From Octopus bimaculoides (taxonomy: Eukaryota), in NCBI RefSeq assembly GCF_001194135.2, contig NC_068982.1, forward strand, positions 112,631,682-112,695,681: DNA of 64,000 nt. Reading direction: 5' to 3'. Made by a program: the position numbers and the translations under genes. This document shows positions 52,571 through 64,000 of the stretch, piece after piece. Below the pieces are notes generated by a model that searched no databases, was not told the DNA's origin, and worked only from the letters and a program-made list of their open reading frames with translations. Numbering within the stretch: the first letter of the stretch is position 1; every line of letters starts with the position of its first letter.

Positions 52571-53121
52571 AAACAACCAACTAGATATTATTTATATGAT
52601 ACTGAGTTACACCATCTTCCTACCTATTTAGGAAAACAATGAATGAACAATCACTGGTGTTGCGGATAGCCACCCGGCTGAATAAATGTCACCACTCCAT
52701 TGATTTATACACATACATAAATTTATTCACACGAATTACATGCATTGCACACATATCAGAATAATTAGGCAATAACAGTTTCTTATACGATTCAGAAAGA
52801 GAGAAGTTGGCAAGATTGCAGAGCAAACGTTTATAGTGAAAACGAGACGGTTCAAAACTTCACAGTGACTAGAGGTTTCAGATCTGGAAGCCTTCACACT
52901 AATGAACGTTGTGTATACGTAGTTGGACGGTTGACCTTCGATGGGTTTCGATTGTGTTTGATGTGTAGTGGGTGGCTTCATATTTTAAAAACAGGAGTTT
53001 CATTCTTATTTGTTTTTCTTTTTTTTTATCTGATTGTTCATGCTTGTATTCGTGCCGGTGTACAAGTGCATGTTTGATTGGTAGACAGATACTTTTAGTC
53101 ACATATATCTCTTACACTAGC

Positions 53122-53403
53122 AACTTTACTGTAGAAACCAATATGACTTCCCATTGAGGAGGATGTCAAACAAGGAGATTTCTCTTCAAAGCCCTGCACC
53201 GCATGCCTAGAAATGTTCATTAGAGACCTTGGATGGGAGGTGGTGTGAAAATCAAGAGCGAAGTACTTACACTCCTCCGATTTACAGATGGATTCGTAAT
53301 CATCGGCACAGATCAGCTGCAAACCATTTCGAAAGAGCTCGACACCCGTAGCTCAGCAGTAAGACTTAACATCACCCGCACTCCCCACAAATAAAATTGA
53401 GTC
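53122..53403 (+). repeat. 282-bp duplicate of RTE relic segment 49103-49384
   Basis: Base-by-base comparison gives 3 mismatches and no indels. The twin minus-strand ORFs 48974..49303 and 53095..53322 reflect this. Confidence 0.95.
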
Positions 53404-54701
53404 CTATGACCTTCAAATGAAAAATATTATGCCAAAATTTTATATCTGGTAATTTTTCCATTAATGGCCAACTAAAATAGATACCATATTATAAAAAAAA
53501 AACAATCTCTTGTCCCAACTTATAACTACACGCACGAATAAATACACATATACATAACAAGCAAACCCGCTAAGCCTTCTAAAGTAGTCCATGTTATACA
53601 CAAGCCAAGAATCTAAACCCACAACTATAAATACATCCATTTCTCAACTCTTCATTAGTTTGACTATTCCTGTTGTAAGATGAAATTAGTATTTAGTGTG
53701 AGGTGTCTATCTATTCAGTTTCTACTATGTGTGTTGTGTGTGTGTTCAGGGAGTAAAAAAAAAAGAATAAACTAAAAAATATTATGTAACCATATAAACA
53801 ATAGAAATAAAGCTCAATAGAAATACGGAACAGAGAAAAGGAAAAGATAAACAGAAAGAGGATTATGAATCCACCGATTGGTTGCCATTTAAATTTTTCT
53901 AAATTCAATATTAAATGTTATAAAATATTGAAGCACTCTACCAAAATCTTTGTCTTTTGAGTTGGAAATAAAATATTGTTCGGTATGCCACTCCTATTAG
54001 AAGCGGTAGTTAGATGAATATTATTTTATAGGTTTTTGGAACCATTTTGTTAGTTCTCCTCTGAGAATAGAGTTATGTGGTATGTCTATCACCTTTCTCA
54101 TTCTGCTTTCACCAGCTGCATACGTTTCACAGTTCTTCATGGCATGAACGTACATGTGTGCTCATAAATACGTAGTATATATGAAAATAGAAATATATTT
54201 AGTACTGTAGAGTATATTTCCAATCATGAAGATGATAGTAGAAAACAATCATCAGAAACATCATTCTTCTTCACTTTTGCAAACATATATACATACTATA
54301 AAAATGAAGGAAAACAATAAAGAAATAGGCGCGGCAGCTGAAACCAGCTTTCGGAGGCTATGATTGATTGGAGACAGCAAATGCATATTTTCCGTTGGTA
54401 AAGATTAGTTTAGTTCTCGCTGTCATAAGCAGGGGAAGCGTATAAGGTTAGTGATAAAATGCTTGTGATCCTGACGATATGGAACGGTTTCCAACATAGC
54501 GATGAAATTTGGACTTGCAAAACTTACAATTTCTGCGTGACGTAAAACGTGTCTGATGTTTATTTCACTGACTGACTCACTGACTGACTCACTCACTCAC
54601 TATAAAATCAGGTAGTAATTTTACCTTGTACTTATTCTTAGTGCAAGTTTTGAAGCGTGCAGTTAAATTTTAACAGTTATATTTTCAAAGCTATAGTAGA
54701 A

Positions 54702-55464
54702 ATGTGAAAGAAGCATATTCGGCATATTTTGCTTTATGAGTTCAATAAACGCAATAACGCAGCGGAAAGTTCTAAGCGTAAGCCAGTGTCAACAGTGGTT
54801 TCAGAATTTCCGAGCCAGATACTACAGCCTAGACGACGAGCCTCGTCCTGGAAGACCTGTAGAGCTCGACAAGGACGTCCTGCAAACCCTCGTGGAGCAA
54901 AATCCCATCGTAACTGTTGAGGAACTAGCAGAGAAGCTTGGATTTGGTCATTCAACCATTCAGGGATACCTGCATGGCATCAGAAAAGTTAGCAAATTGG
55001 GTCAATGGGTTCCTCACAAACTTTCCGAGTCTAATTGCGCGCAGAGAGTGAATGTGTGCTCTTTTTCGCTGTTACGTCTCACGAATGAACCTTTTTTGGA
55101 ACAAATAATGACTGGTGACGAGAAATGGGTTCTCTATAAAAATGTCAAGCGCCGAAGACGGTGGGTAAGGAAAAGAGAAGCACCGGCACCCCAGGCTAAA
55201 GAAGGTCATCACCCACGTAAGGCGTTGTTATCTGTTTGGTGGGATATGAAAAGTTTAGTCCACTTTCAACTTTTAAACCCAAACCAAACGATAAAAAAGG
55301 AGTGCTGCTGCAAGCAGCTAGAGCGTATTAAGTCAGCGCTAGAAGAAAAACGATGATCTTTGGTTTCAAGACAAAAGGTGTTTTCTATCAGAATAATGCC
55401 CGGCCACATACAACGAAGATGATATCCAAAGATAGGCGCAATTTGAATGGGAAGCGATGCCCTA
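54702..55464 (+). pseudogene. Mariner transposase pseudogene, 3' end lost in gap 55465-55737
   Basis: M*KKHIRHILLYEFNKRNNAAESS is followed by a frameshift/deletion into ORF 54736..55356 (WFQNFR..SLDDEPRPGRP..WVPHKL..IMTGDEKWVLY..LLSVWWD), then a shift into GVFYQNNARPHT. WVPHxL, TGDEKW and HDNARPH are mariner hallmarks. Confidence 0.92.
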
Positions 55465-55737
55465 NNNNNNNNNNNNNNNNNNNNNNNNNNNNNNNNNNNN
55501 NNNNNNNNNNNNNNNNNNNNNNNNNNNNNNNNNNNNNNNNNNNNNNNNNNNNNNNNNNNNNNNNNNNNNNNNNNNNNNNNNNNNNNNNNNNNNNNNNNNN
55601 NNNNNNNNNNNNNNNNNNNNNNNNNNNNNNNNNNNNNNNNNNNNNNNNNNNNNNNNNNNNNNNNNNNNNNNNNNNNNNNNNNNNNNNNNNNNNNNNNNNN
55701 NNNNNNNNNNNNNNNNNNNNNNNNNNNNNNNNNNNNN

Positions 55738-55793
<56 letters not shown>

Positions 55794-57867
55794 TGTATTT
55801 ATGGCAAGTTATATATAAAGAAAGTTAACATTAAACAGAAGGATTATTCAATACTTTCATTAGCGAACATATTTATTAACTGTTGCAAAGAGAAGGTTGA
55901 CATTGGCTCTGAAGTTTGTGCTTACTCGTCTTCATCAGAGTTTATTTTGCTTTAGGTTCATATGTTTGGTAAGTTGCTTATTGGGGGAGGGGGCAGTGGA
56001 TCTATGTGAATGATAATTAGGTGTGGTGCCAATAGATTGGGAAGTAGTTGTATAGGGTACGAAATAAAGGATGATAAGAGGTAAGTATGTGTTTGTACTA
56101 TGTAATTTGAAAGATAGTTATGCCGAGTACATTTACTTTGGTTTGTGGATGAATTTTATTATTGCTGAGAATTCAGTCGATTACATATAAATATGCCAAA
56201 TTTAAGCTACATTTCTTTGCATAAAAGGTTGGTTTTGTTGTGTTTTACAAACACAAAAGAATATTTGTAGAGAAATCTGTTGGTCAAACAGAACACATTG
56301 GACTAACCGAGACTATATTTCTATAAAGGAAACTATATTTCCATAAAATATTGTTAGGTCATTTTAGTCTGTTTGTAGAATAGCAACGTATATTTATTCT
56401 ATATTATTGTAGACAAATTCATACGCATAACTCCTTGGATTAACAACATATCATGTAGAACGCATAAAGATGATAAAGTTTTCTATACGTATAGCCATCC
56501 ATAACGCGTTGTATATGTATAAGCAATATAGAAGTATATATCCATATTCACGCTTAGATTTACATATGATTTTGCATCCACATATACGCCTACATTCATA
56601 CACACTCACATACACACACGCACGCACCGACTCACACACACATACATACAGACTCATATGTATACATATACGGGTTTTATATGCTGTTTGTAAACTAACA
56701 TTTGATGCGTAGTTTGGATGTCGCTGTTGTTTTTGCTTTCAGGTATTAATACTGTTTTCTCCTCCAGTAGCCATTCAGACGTTTATTCTGAGGTATTTTT
56801 AATACTTTTGTCACTGATTTGGCATTCGGCCAGAAAGTAGGGACATTGTCAATCTTAAGGACTTTCTGTTGAACTGGTGACGTGTTATAGCCAACCGTGT
56901 TAACTATTTTTTTAAACAGTTCTCTTGTCTGATACATTCTTCAATTTTATTGTACTAAGTGTCTTTGGTCATTGCTCTCCACGACAGTCCTACTAATATA
57001 CAAGAATTTCTCTTTGTAGTGGTTAGCCCTTCAGTGTTATGTATTATTTTCTGTTTCTTGTCTTTAAGATTTTTTGTTATTTGATTCAGGTATTTTGCTC
57101 TTCTGGAGATAGCTCTCACGTTTTCAAAGCGTTGTATTATATATGTCACTGCTGCTATCATTTACGTAATTATACTACCACCGTGCATTGTTTTATTTAT
57201 TGATATCATATATTTTTATTATTTGTGTGTAAGATGTTCCCTTTTATCATATTAAGCATATCTTCTGTTTCATTTCGTTAAGTAATGATAGATATTTATG
57301 TTCTTTTCAATCTTATTCGAAATATATTCTGATTTGATTTTGGGAGGTTTGAGTCTTTTAGTATCAAACATGATTACCTACGATATAACCATTGCTCCTG
57401 AATAGATTAAATCACTCATTCTCTTAATTTTCAAATATTCTGAATTGGATAACGGAATTTTATTCAGGGATGCCCTATGACTATTATTTCGTGTTGACCT
57501 TAACCAGTACGTGTCACTTGTTCCTTGTGCATTGATATTAGAATTCTCTCTTTTTCATCTATTCTTTTAATTGTCTCTGCTATATTCCCCTCGATACTAA
57601 CTCTGGTATATTTGTTCTATGTAATGCTTGGTTGAAGGAACTTTTTCTCGTTAGAAATTTGATGGATGTTTCCATTAGTACTGTATGAGCAAGATCATTA
57701 TTTTTACGTTTTGGTCTCTATTTTCTATTAATTATTATAATTCCATTTTCAGTAGTTCTACTTCTAACGATTGTTTTCACGAAGATATTGAGTGCATCTT
57801 TGCGTGTCTTAACCAATGCCAAGTTTTATATTCATTTTGCTTTCTAGCGACATCACTCTTAGGCAAA

Positions 57868-58020
57868 GTTTTGGCAGAGTTGATAGAGCATTGGCATGTA
57901 GGCCTCATGATATTTGCTCCGACTCTTTGCACTCTGAATTCAAATCACGCTGAGGTCAAGTTTGCTGTTCATGATTTTGGAATCGATACAAAAAAAAAAA
58001 AACAATCCAGAGTGGTCGAG
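57868..58020 (+). mobile_element. SINE family A, strongly diverged
   Basis: ggcagagttgatagagca...ctctgaattcaaatcacgctgaggtcaagtttgctgttcat...ggaatcgata. Confidence 0.6.
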
Positions 58021-58149
58021 TTTTCTCTGATACATTTTGGAATATCCTCTCGATTTTGTCTTTAACATTTCGTTTTAACATTTCTTTTGTTTCTAAATCT
58101 TTACTCTCAGGGTAGTTAGTTTCTAGTTTGCGCGTTCTTCTATTATATA

Positions 58150-58545
58150 TGAAGCAAATATGTTTACTTAATATTCCTTTATCACACTAATCAACCACTC
58201 ATTGGTTGTTGCTTCTAAGTGTATAGCTTGTCTCATTGTTATCACTCTGTAGTATTCTTCTATCTGCATAAAACCGCATGTACCATGTATGGGAGATTGG
58301 TATACTCTATCCGCATTTGTCTTGAAGTGCCTGCTTTGCAACACTTAATTGCTTTGTATGTGTTAAGGTGATGATTTTCTCTCTGGCTCTTCAGTTTACC
58401 TAAACAGCAGTGCATTTTATTAAAGTGGTAGTTTATAACTAAAGTGGAGAGTATATTTGCTCGTATTAAAATATTTCTAGCACTTTCTTCAGTTTTTAAT
58501 ATTAGTCCGACACTTTTTTGAGTATACTTAATTTTCTCTTTCGTT
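58150..58545 (-). pseudogene. Very decayed R4/Dong-like non-LTR retrotransposon, RT C-terminal region
   Basis: KEKIKYTQKSVGLILKTEESARNILIRANILSTLVINYHFN then, after a shift, HFKTNADRVYQSPIHGTCGFMQIEEYYRVITMRQAIHLEATTNEWLISV. Resembles, from recall, ILKTELNxxNxIxAINxLA..HPKADVERLYLPRxxGGRGL..WML. Confidence 0.5.
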
Positions 58546-58817
58546 TATGGGTGCTGTTTCAATTGTTTCATCTAATACTGATTATATTTTTGAATGGATT
58601 TAATCTACATCTATTTAAGTGTAACTTAATACTATTACTTTTAGTTAGTTAGTTTTTCTCTTCATATAGTAGTTAATCCCACTCATTTTTATATCCAAAC
58701 TGAGATTATAAATAATTCTTACTAGGTTTCTCAACTGGAAATTATCGCTGATGCCTAGTCTCATATCCGCTGAATACGGGAGATATTTTCGCGTAATAGA
58801 TATTGTCTATACTGTAT

Positions 58818-58818
58818 C

Positions 58819-58850
<32 letters not shown>

Positions 58851-58872
58851 CATAATAATAATAATAATAATG

Positions 58873-58930
<58 letters not shown>

Positions 58931-58945
58931 TAATAACGATAATTT
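58818..58945. repeat. (AAT)n microsatellite
   Basis: Direct reading. Confidence 0.95.
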
Positions 58946-59803
58946 ATGCAGTTGTTTCCATGTTATCAGTAAATGAATGCATAGAAAATAAAGTAATTAT
59001 TGTCACCTTGGTTAGTCTCAAATATAAACAAGAATAAAAAGACTGAAACAAGTAAAAGAGATACATAGCAAAAAATATTTTCGATAGGAGTACACTTTTC
59101 AAAATTCTGAAAAACACACACACACACACACATACACACACACACAAACACACACACACAAACACACACACACACACGCACACAGATCTTTTATGCAATT
59201 AGTTATGTCTATATAAATGATACATTCAACTATTATGCAGTTAATAGTTGATGTATCTACAGACCATTACTTACTCCATCAAATATTTTCACACATTACC
59301 TTGCCACACAATAACTTTAAAATGTATTCTTAATTCTTATTATATCTCCTTCATCTTTGCAGTTTTGCTTTAACGATTATTGAGTTAATTCCATTTTTCT
59401 AAAAGGGAAAGCGGCGATGATATATCACTATATGTTAAAAGTTAACAAAAAACAATTTACTAACATCTATAGTTATAAAACTGTGGTCAATACAGTAGTT
59501 AGTAGAACAATAATAAAAATTCTTAGGAACGAAATCAATCAAAGCAATCAAAACATCAATGGTTATTGATATTCAATTTGTGATCCAACATGTTTAAAGT
59601 AGGATGTTATCACAGATTGTACCTATAGCAGACTATTGATTTCTGCAAAGCACTTTCTTTTCTCTCAATAAATTCTTTAAAATCTATGAAATGTTTAAAT
59701 TTTCGGATGCTATTACACCGTAATCAATTTATAAATTTAGGATCGTTCTCAGATATGTTTGTTTCTGTATACTCCCACGATATGTTCGTACCATATATAT
59801 ATA

Positions 59804-59848
<45 letters not shown>

Positions 59849-60544
59849 NNNNNNNNNNNNNNNNNNNNNNNNNNNNNNNNNNNNNNNNNNNNNNNNNNNN
59901 NNNNNNNNNNNNNNNNNNNNNNNNNNNNNNNNNNNNNNNNNNNNNNNNNNNNNNNNNNNNNNNNNNNNNNNNNNNNNNNNNNNNNNNNNNNNNNNNNNNN
60001 NNNNNNNNNNNNNNNNNNNNNNNNNNNNNNNNNNNNNNNNNNNNNNNNNNNNNNNNNNNNNNNNNNNNNNNNNNNNNNNNNNNNNNNNNNNNNNNNNNNN
60101 NNNNNNNNNNNACATACATACATAAATATAAGATCCAGGGATCGAGAAGTAGGAAAAAAATTAACTTCAAGCAATCTGCAGTAAATTTAGAAAACCACCT
60201 TCAGGGACCATAGTGGTTTATTGAAACGGAAGGTTGTGGAATTTTTGATATCAAAGAACGTTAACCTGAAAAAAAGTTCGTTTTATATTCCACGGTAGGC
60301 GACCAGAGTTGCCAGGTGTGCGAATAAGAATGCAAGAATTACAGAATCGAGTAGGTAAGATCTGGGCTACATATGTTTCATAGCGGGCAGAACTTTAGCA
60401 GTGGTAAAAATCATAGCGAGGTGTATTCCACCGGCTACTCTTCAGGCCAAGGATATCTTGATTAAGTTAAAGATTACTTTGGCACAAGGATGTAAACACA
60501 CAGACACACGCGTACACACACAAGCACACACAAAAACATATACA

Positions 60545-60667
60545 CATACATATTACAGGCTTCTATCAGTTTCCGTTAACCAAATCCACGCACAATAGTT
60601 TGGTAGGCCCGATACGTTGAACCCGAGACTATGCGGTTGTGAAATAAGCTTCTTACTATGCAGCCAC

Positions 60668-60672
<5 letters not shown>
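60545..60672 (-). mobile_element. SINE family B 5' half, internally deleted
   Basis: ggcttctatcagtttccgttaaccaaatccacgcacaatagtttggtaggccc...aagcttcttactatgcagccacgcc. Confidence 0.7.
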
Positions 60673-60709
<37 letters not shown>

Positions 60710-60764
60710 CATACATACATACATACATACATACATACATACACATATATGTGTGTGTGTATGT

Positions 60765-60960
60765 ATTTATCTTTGTATCTGTGTTATTTGTTCCCCATCA
60801 CCGCTTGACAACCGTTGGTGGTGTGTTTACGTCCATTTAGCGGTTCTGCAAATGACACCGATACAATAAGTACTGGGGTCGATTCATTCGGCCGGAAATA
60901 AAAATTCTTGAAGGTGGTGCCTCCGCATGGCTGTAGTCTGATGACTGACACAAGTAAGAG
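60765..60960 (+). mobile_element. SINE family B 3' half
   Basis: cgcttgacaaccgttggtggtgtgtttacgtcc...agcggttctgcaaa...ataagtactggggtcgattcattcg...ggtggtgcctccgcatggctgtagtctgatgactgacacaagtaagaga. Confidence 0.85.
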
Positions 60961-60991
60961 ATGAAACGGAAAAGATATGTGTGTATGTGTA

Positions 60992-61046
<55 letters not shown>

Positions 61047-62184
61047 TTTATTAAAAAGCAGCAAAAATATCACAAAAAAACTGTTACTCAGAGTTTTACG
61101 TTCCCGTGAAATATATTATAGAGGAAGTGATGATTAATAGCGACTGAAGTACGCTGAAAATCAGAAAGTAATCTTGATCTTCAACTTAATGTGGAGGTTG
61201 TGTGAGAACACGGAATACTGTATAATTTACCCTGAGAGGATTTCTCATATGGGATCGTGGTGCATAAAAACTATTAATTATATTTTAATAATGCCATTAA
61301 CTATTTGCGACACCAGTACGTGAACAGAAACTAATATCCTATATATTGTTGACGAGAGAATCGGCTGTTATGACATGACCAGATATCTGCCTCTGAGGAG
61401 CTCAAAACAAAGCGACCTCACGTGAACTGATCGCTCTGGCACCTGTAGCAGACAGTTCTCCCCTGTCAACGATATAAATAACTGTGCATTTATGTACCAC
61501 GAGCCCATAGAAGAGGTTCTCTCAAGGTAAATAACATAGTACTCTGTGTTGTAATACAACTTCTAGGTTAGGTTGTAGATAAAGTTTAGCTTCTGAAACT
61601 TTTATTTCTTGCTTCTGAAAGGCATTTGTTTTCCTTACGTTTTGGCAATTAAATTAGTTTCGTAACCATACCATATGCAGAAATTATTAAAATACTTAAG
61701 TTATTTCAGTAATCTAAAATATTCATATATTCCACCTGTCGAACTTATTGAGAATGAACGATTAAACTAACAGCGTAGCGCTATTATATTATGAAGAATA
61801 AGAAAGTCATATTATTGCAAGCCATTAATTAGCATATATTTAATTCTCTTTCTTCATGTTCCTTGTCAAAAAAAGTTGGATGTCTTAGTACACTTGGACT
61901 TGCTTTGATTCAACAGTTATGTTTCCACATATCAGAATTAATCTTAGATCTAAAAAAGAAAAAGAACAACAACCTAAGACATATGACACTCTGCATCTTC
62001 ATTGTAATTGTGTGAAACTATTGAACATATAATTCATTAGCGTATTTTGTTCAACTTTATCAGATCACACTTGTGTATTTCAGTTTTAGCACTGACAGAT
62101 GCGAAGTGTTAAATGACCACCAAATTACATTTCCGATTCAAGTGAACATCACATTATTTATATGTGTAAAGCTATACAACCCAA

Positions 62185-62330
62185 AGCTTAGGATGCTGGT
62201 TTCAAGGTCATGATGTCATAGTTTCGGTTTCTGGAATAGAAGACGCAATATGTCCTTGAATAATGTATTTCACGTCACATTGCTTCAGTCTACTCGGCTG
62301 AAAGTGAGGACCAGTCAAGTACAATTGCTA
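62185..62330 (+). mobile_element. Probable diverged SINE family C head
   Basis: gtccttgaataatgtatttcacgtcacattgcttcagtctactcggctgaaagtgag loosely resembles family C as I recall it. Similarity to the 18054-18377 copy is only partial. Confidence 0.35.
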
Positions 62331-63784
62331 CGCATTATCTCCACAGCTGTCACATTTTCGATATTTCGTTGATAAAGGATGAGGAGAACCGAAAAGACGT
62401 CTATGTCTGATTGAAACTACAAAAACATCTAAAACAATTAGTGATCGAATGATGCATGCTACCAGGCCATACTCTCTTGCAAATGACAACTATGACTGAT
62501 ATACATAGAAGTAGTGTGACATGGTCGGATTAGATTTACTACAGTGCTTAGTTTTGTCCATCTACCTTCGGATACAAATACTGTTGTAGATGAGTGACTA
62601 AATATATCCTCTTCAGTCCTAACATTTTATAGGTTATTGATGACATTTCAACGCATATCTTATATAGACACGGCAAAACACATGAAAAGGAATAGAATAT
62701 TCTGTTAAGGATGGCTGCTATTCTAAAACTTCGCATGTTTCTTAACATTTTATGATAGTTTCTCTGAAGTAACTGCCTGCCTTGTCAGATGGCAGTTAAT
62801 TTCAGTGCTTAAAAGCGTCCCGCATCTGCACTAGAAACTCTCATCTACACATTTTCATTTACTTACTAATGCAAAATATCATTGATATGAATAATATGGC
62901 ATCACTGAAGAACAGATATTTGAAATCGCATTGATGACTGTAGAATTATATAATTTTGCCTGATTATATCTGAAAACTGGATTGACCCTCCGCTGAAATC
63001 TGCATTACATGTGAAAGCCTGCACAAAACATGGTACTGCATCGGAGTTGAGGCTCCAGTTCATAAGCTCAGAATTATTGGGTTACCTTTTAGTCACTATT
63101 GTTCCGAGGTTCCTTTGTTCAAAGTTGTAGTACGAGACAAATGCACCATTAATGGAGTAAACAGCAGAAGATGGTACTGTGACAATGATTTACAGGACTT
63201 GGTAGACGGTTGGCCACCTAGACATGTGTCGTACTGGACGTCTGATGTATGAACAAACCCAAATACAAAGGGCCTACTTACTCTAAGGATTAAACAGAGT
63301 AAGTTCGGAAGATCAAGAATGTAGGATAGCAAGCTTCAAATAAACTATCATCGGGAAACTGATGCTTCAACTTTTCCGAGAAAAATCAAGCATCTTCAAA
63401 TATTCGCATGGAGGACCATGCGCACCGATGCCAGTAGACATGGAACATAAAGAAAGAGAGAAAAGAAAGTGATTGTAGGTGAAAGAGTACGCCTTATTGA
63501 AACTGTAATGAATGTATAAACTAAGAGGTGAACGTCGTACATGTAGTCCACAAGGTAGCCTCAACACAGTGAACCTACTTTAAAATTGCTACCTAATATA
63601 CCTTAACTAACATTGTTTGTCTTGAAACATAATCTTATTTCAATGACACGTAGGATTACGTAATACTAAATATATTCCGCCTGCAAAAAATGCGATGCTC
63701 ACGTTAGAAAAGCGTCGGATGAAAAAATCTAATTAATGAATGGTAATTAAAACCAACACAGAAAACACATATTTCTATGTGTGT

Positions 63785-63851
<67 letters not shown>

Positions 63852-63911
63852 GGAGAGAGAAAGTCAGATAGGTAGATAAATAGATAGATAAATAAATACA
63901 ATAAATGAGTG

Positions 63912-64000
63912 AAGGTGTGTAGCGTTTTTGTTAATAGTGTTCGACTCATTATCATAAGGTCATAGGTTCAATTCCTGAATCTAGTGGAACGCTACGTCCA
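63912..64000 (+). mobile_element. tRNA-like SINE head at the window edge
   Basis: ggtgtgtagcg..ttaatagtgttcgactcattatcataaggtcataggttcaattcc has a B-box-like ggttcaattcc. Confidence 0.45.

Noticed and set aside
60545-60960. SINE B 5' half (-) and 3' half (+) back to back, suggesting one element with an internal inversion
   Set aside because: The minus copy continues into its own linker and a gtgtttacatcc 3'-half remnant, so two separate copies is simpler.
63090-63560. TINGVNSR..DGWPPRH, reminiscent of a DDE transposase core
   Set aside because: Similarity is limited to a few residues. Not supportable without a profile search.

Overview
AT-rich, repeat-saturated eukaryotic DNA from a draft short-read assembly: 15 N-gaps, most flanked by microsatellites. 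The SINE families and the density of (AT)n/(CA)n/(ACAT)n repeats resemble, from my recall, a coleoid cephalopod genome, probably Octopus; this is inference, not a search result. I found no host protein-coding gene I can recognise. Almost all long ORFs in the track are microsatellite translations or run through Ns, so the window looks intergenic or intronic. Recognisable content is a transposon graveyard: five mariner relics, a Helitron Rep fragment, an RTE LINE with a near-identical 282-bp local duplicate, a Penelope-like GIY-YIG end, CR1-like and R4/Dong-like LINE relics, a possible Merlin N-terminus, and about 20 tRNA-derived SINE copies of three families. The best second-look items are a near-perfect ~168-bp-arm foldback (3787-4180), a head-to-head TTAGGG/CCCTAA palindrome whose arms share variant repeats (31725-31939), an exact CACGTG-n5-CACGTG element (27468-27484) and several other hairpins. 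I did not find convincing evidence of a new multi-gene system.
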